A stretch of DNA of 63,713 nt, counting the filler, from Globobulimina sp. (Eukaryota), in NCBI GenBank assembly GCA_003354225.1. It is 44 parts of 44 records of this genome, joined end to end, with 100 filler letters (N's around TTAATTAATTAA, not from the genome) between each part and the next. Parts side by side here need not be neighbours in the genome. Positions count along the whole stretch, not along the records: positions 62,365 to 63,713 come from PIVH01018173.1; 43 more parts are not named here. One strand, given 5' to 3'. A program made the position numbers and the translations under genes. Shown here one piece after another: positions 63,626 through 63,713 of this stretch; within the stretch, counting starts at the first letter, position 1, and each line of letters begins with the position of its first letter. The notes under the pieces are model-generated. The model ran no database searches. It had not been told where the DNA came from and saw nothing but the letters and a program-made list of their open reading frames with translations.

Positions 63626-63713
63626 AACTTGGTGTTTGTAGTGTCATGTTGATCGTCTGATGGTTCATATTCTGAAATATCCTCATCATTTTCTGATGGT
63701 AAATAATCACAAT

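Noticed and set aside
1..63713. Gene neighbourhoods spanning spacers, e.g. ArsR next to PPR or RT next to the MITE
   Set aside because: Contigs are ordered by length, so cross-spacer adjacency carries no information.

Overview
This window is not one locus. It is 44 unrelated contigs of 1352 to 1349 bp, sorted by decreasing size. They are joined by an artificial 100-nt spacer (44 N + TTAATTAATTAA + 44 N), so adjacency across a spacer has no biological meaning. Most contigs come from an AT-rich eukaryote with short GT-AG introns (about 55-100 nt) and very compact intergenic regions. The gene families present (7TM and 7TM-RGS, SPRY, Kelch-TM, F-box-like, divergent tubulin) suggest a foraminiferan or other rhizarian, which is an inference. 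One contig is bacterial: an SmtB/ZiaR-type ArsR repressor with a perfect 12-2-12 operator. One resembles a Polinton/Maverick fragment. Recognisable genes include dihydrolipoamide dehydrogenase, a Qc-SNARE, a PPR protein, an SLC25 carrier, an ENT transporter, a Miro-like GTPase, histone H4 with a 3' stem-loop, HemK, an amidohydrolase, a tandem-PX protein, a USP, a LINE reverse transcriptase and an ABP34-like actin bundler. Three intact MITEs with TSDs are visible (Harbinger-, hAT- and Merlin-like). The best leads are: an operon-like pair of an uncharacterised twin-ExH protein ending in PTS1 (SKL) and an FAD oxidoreductase; a PPR protein with a catalytically dead DYW-like domain; a GLEBS+BTB fusion; a tubulin-domain fusion; and a 1230-bp circularly closed contig encoding a secreted Cys-rich protein. 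No multi-gene system can be proven from fragments this short.
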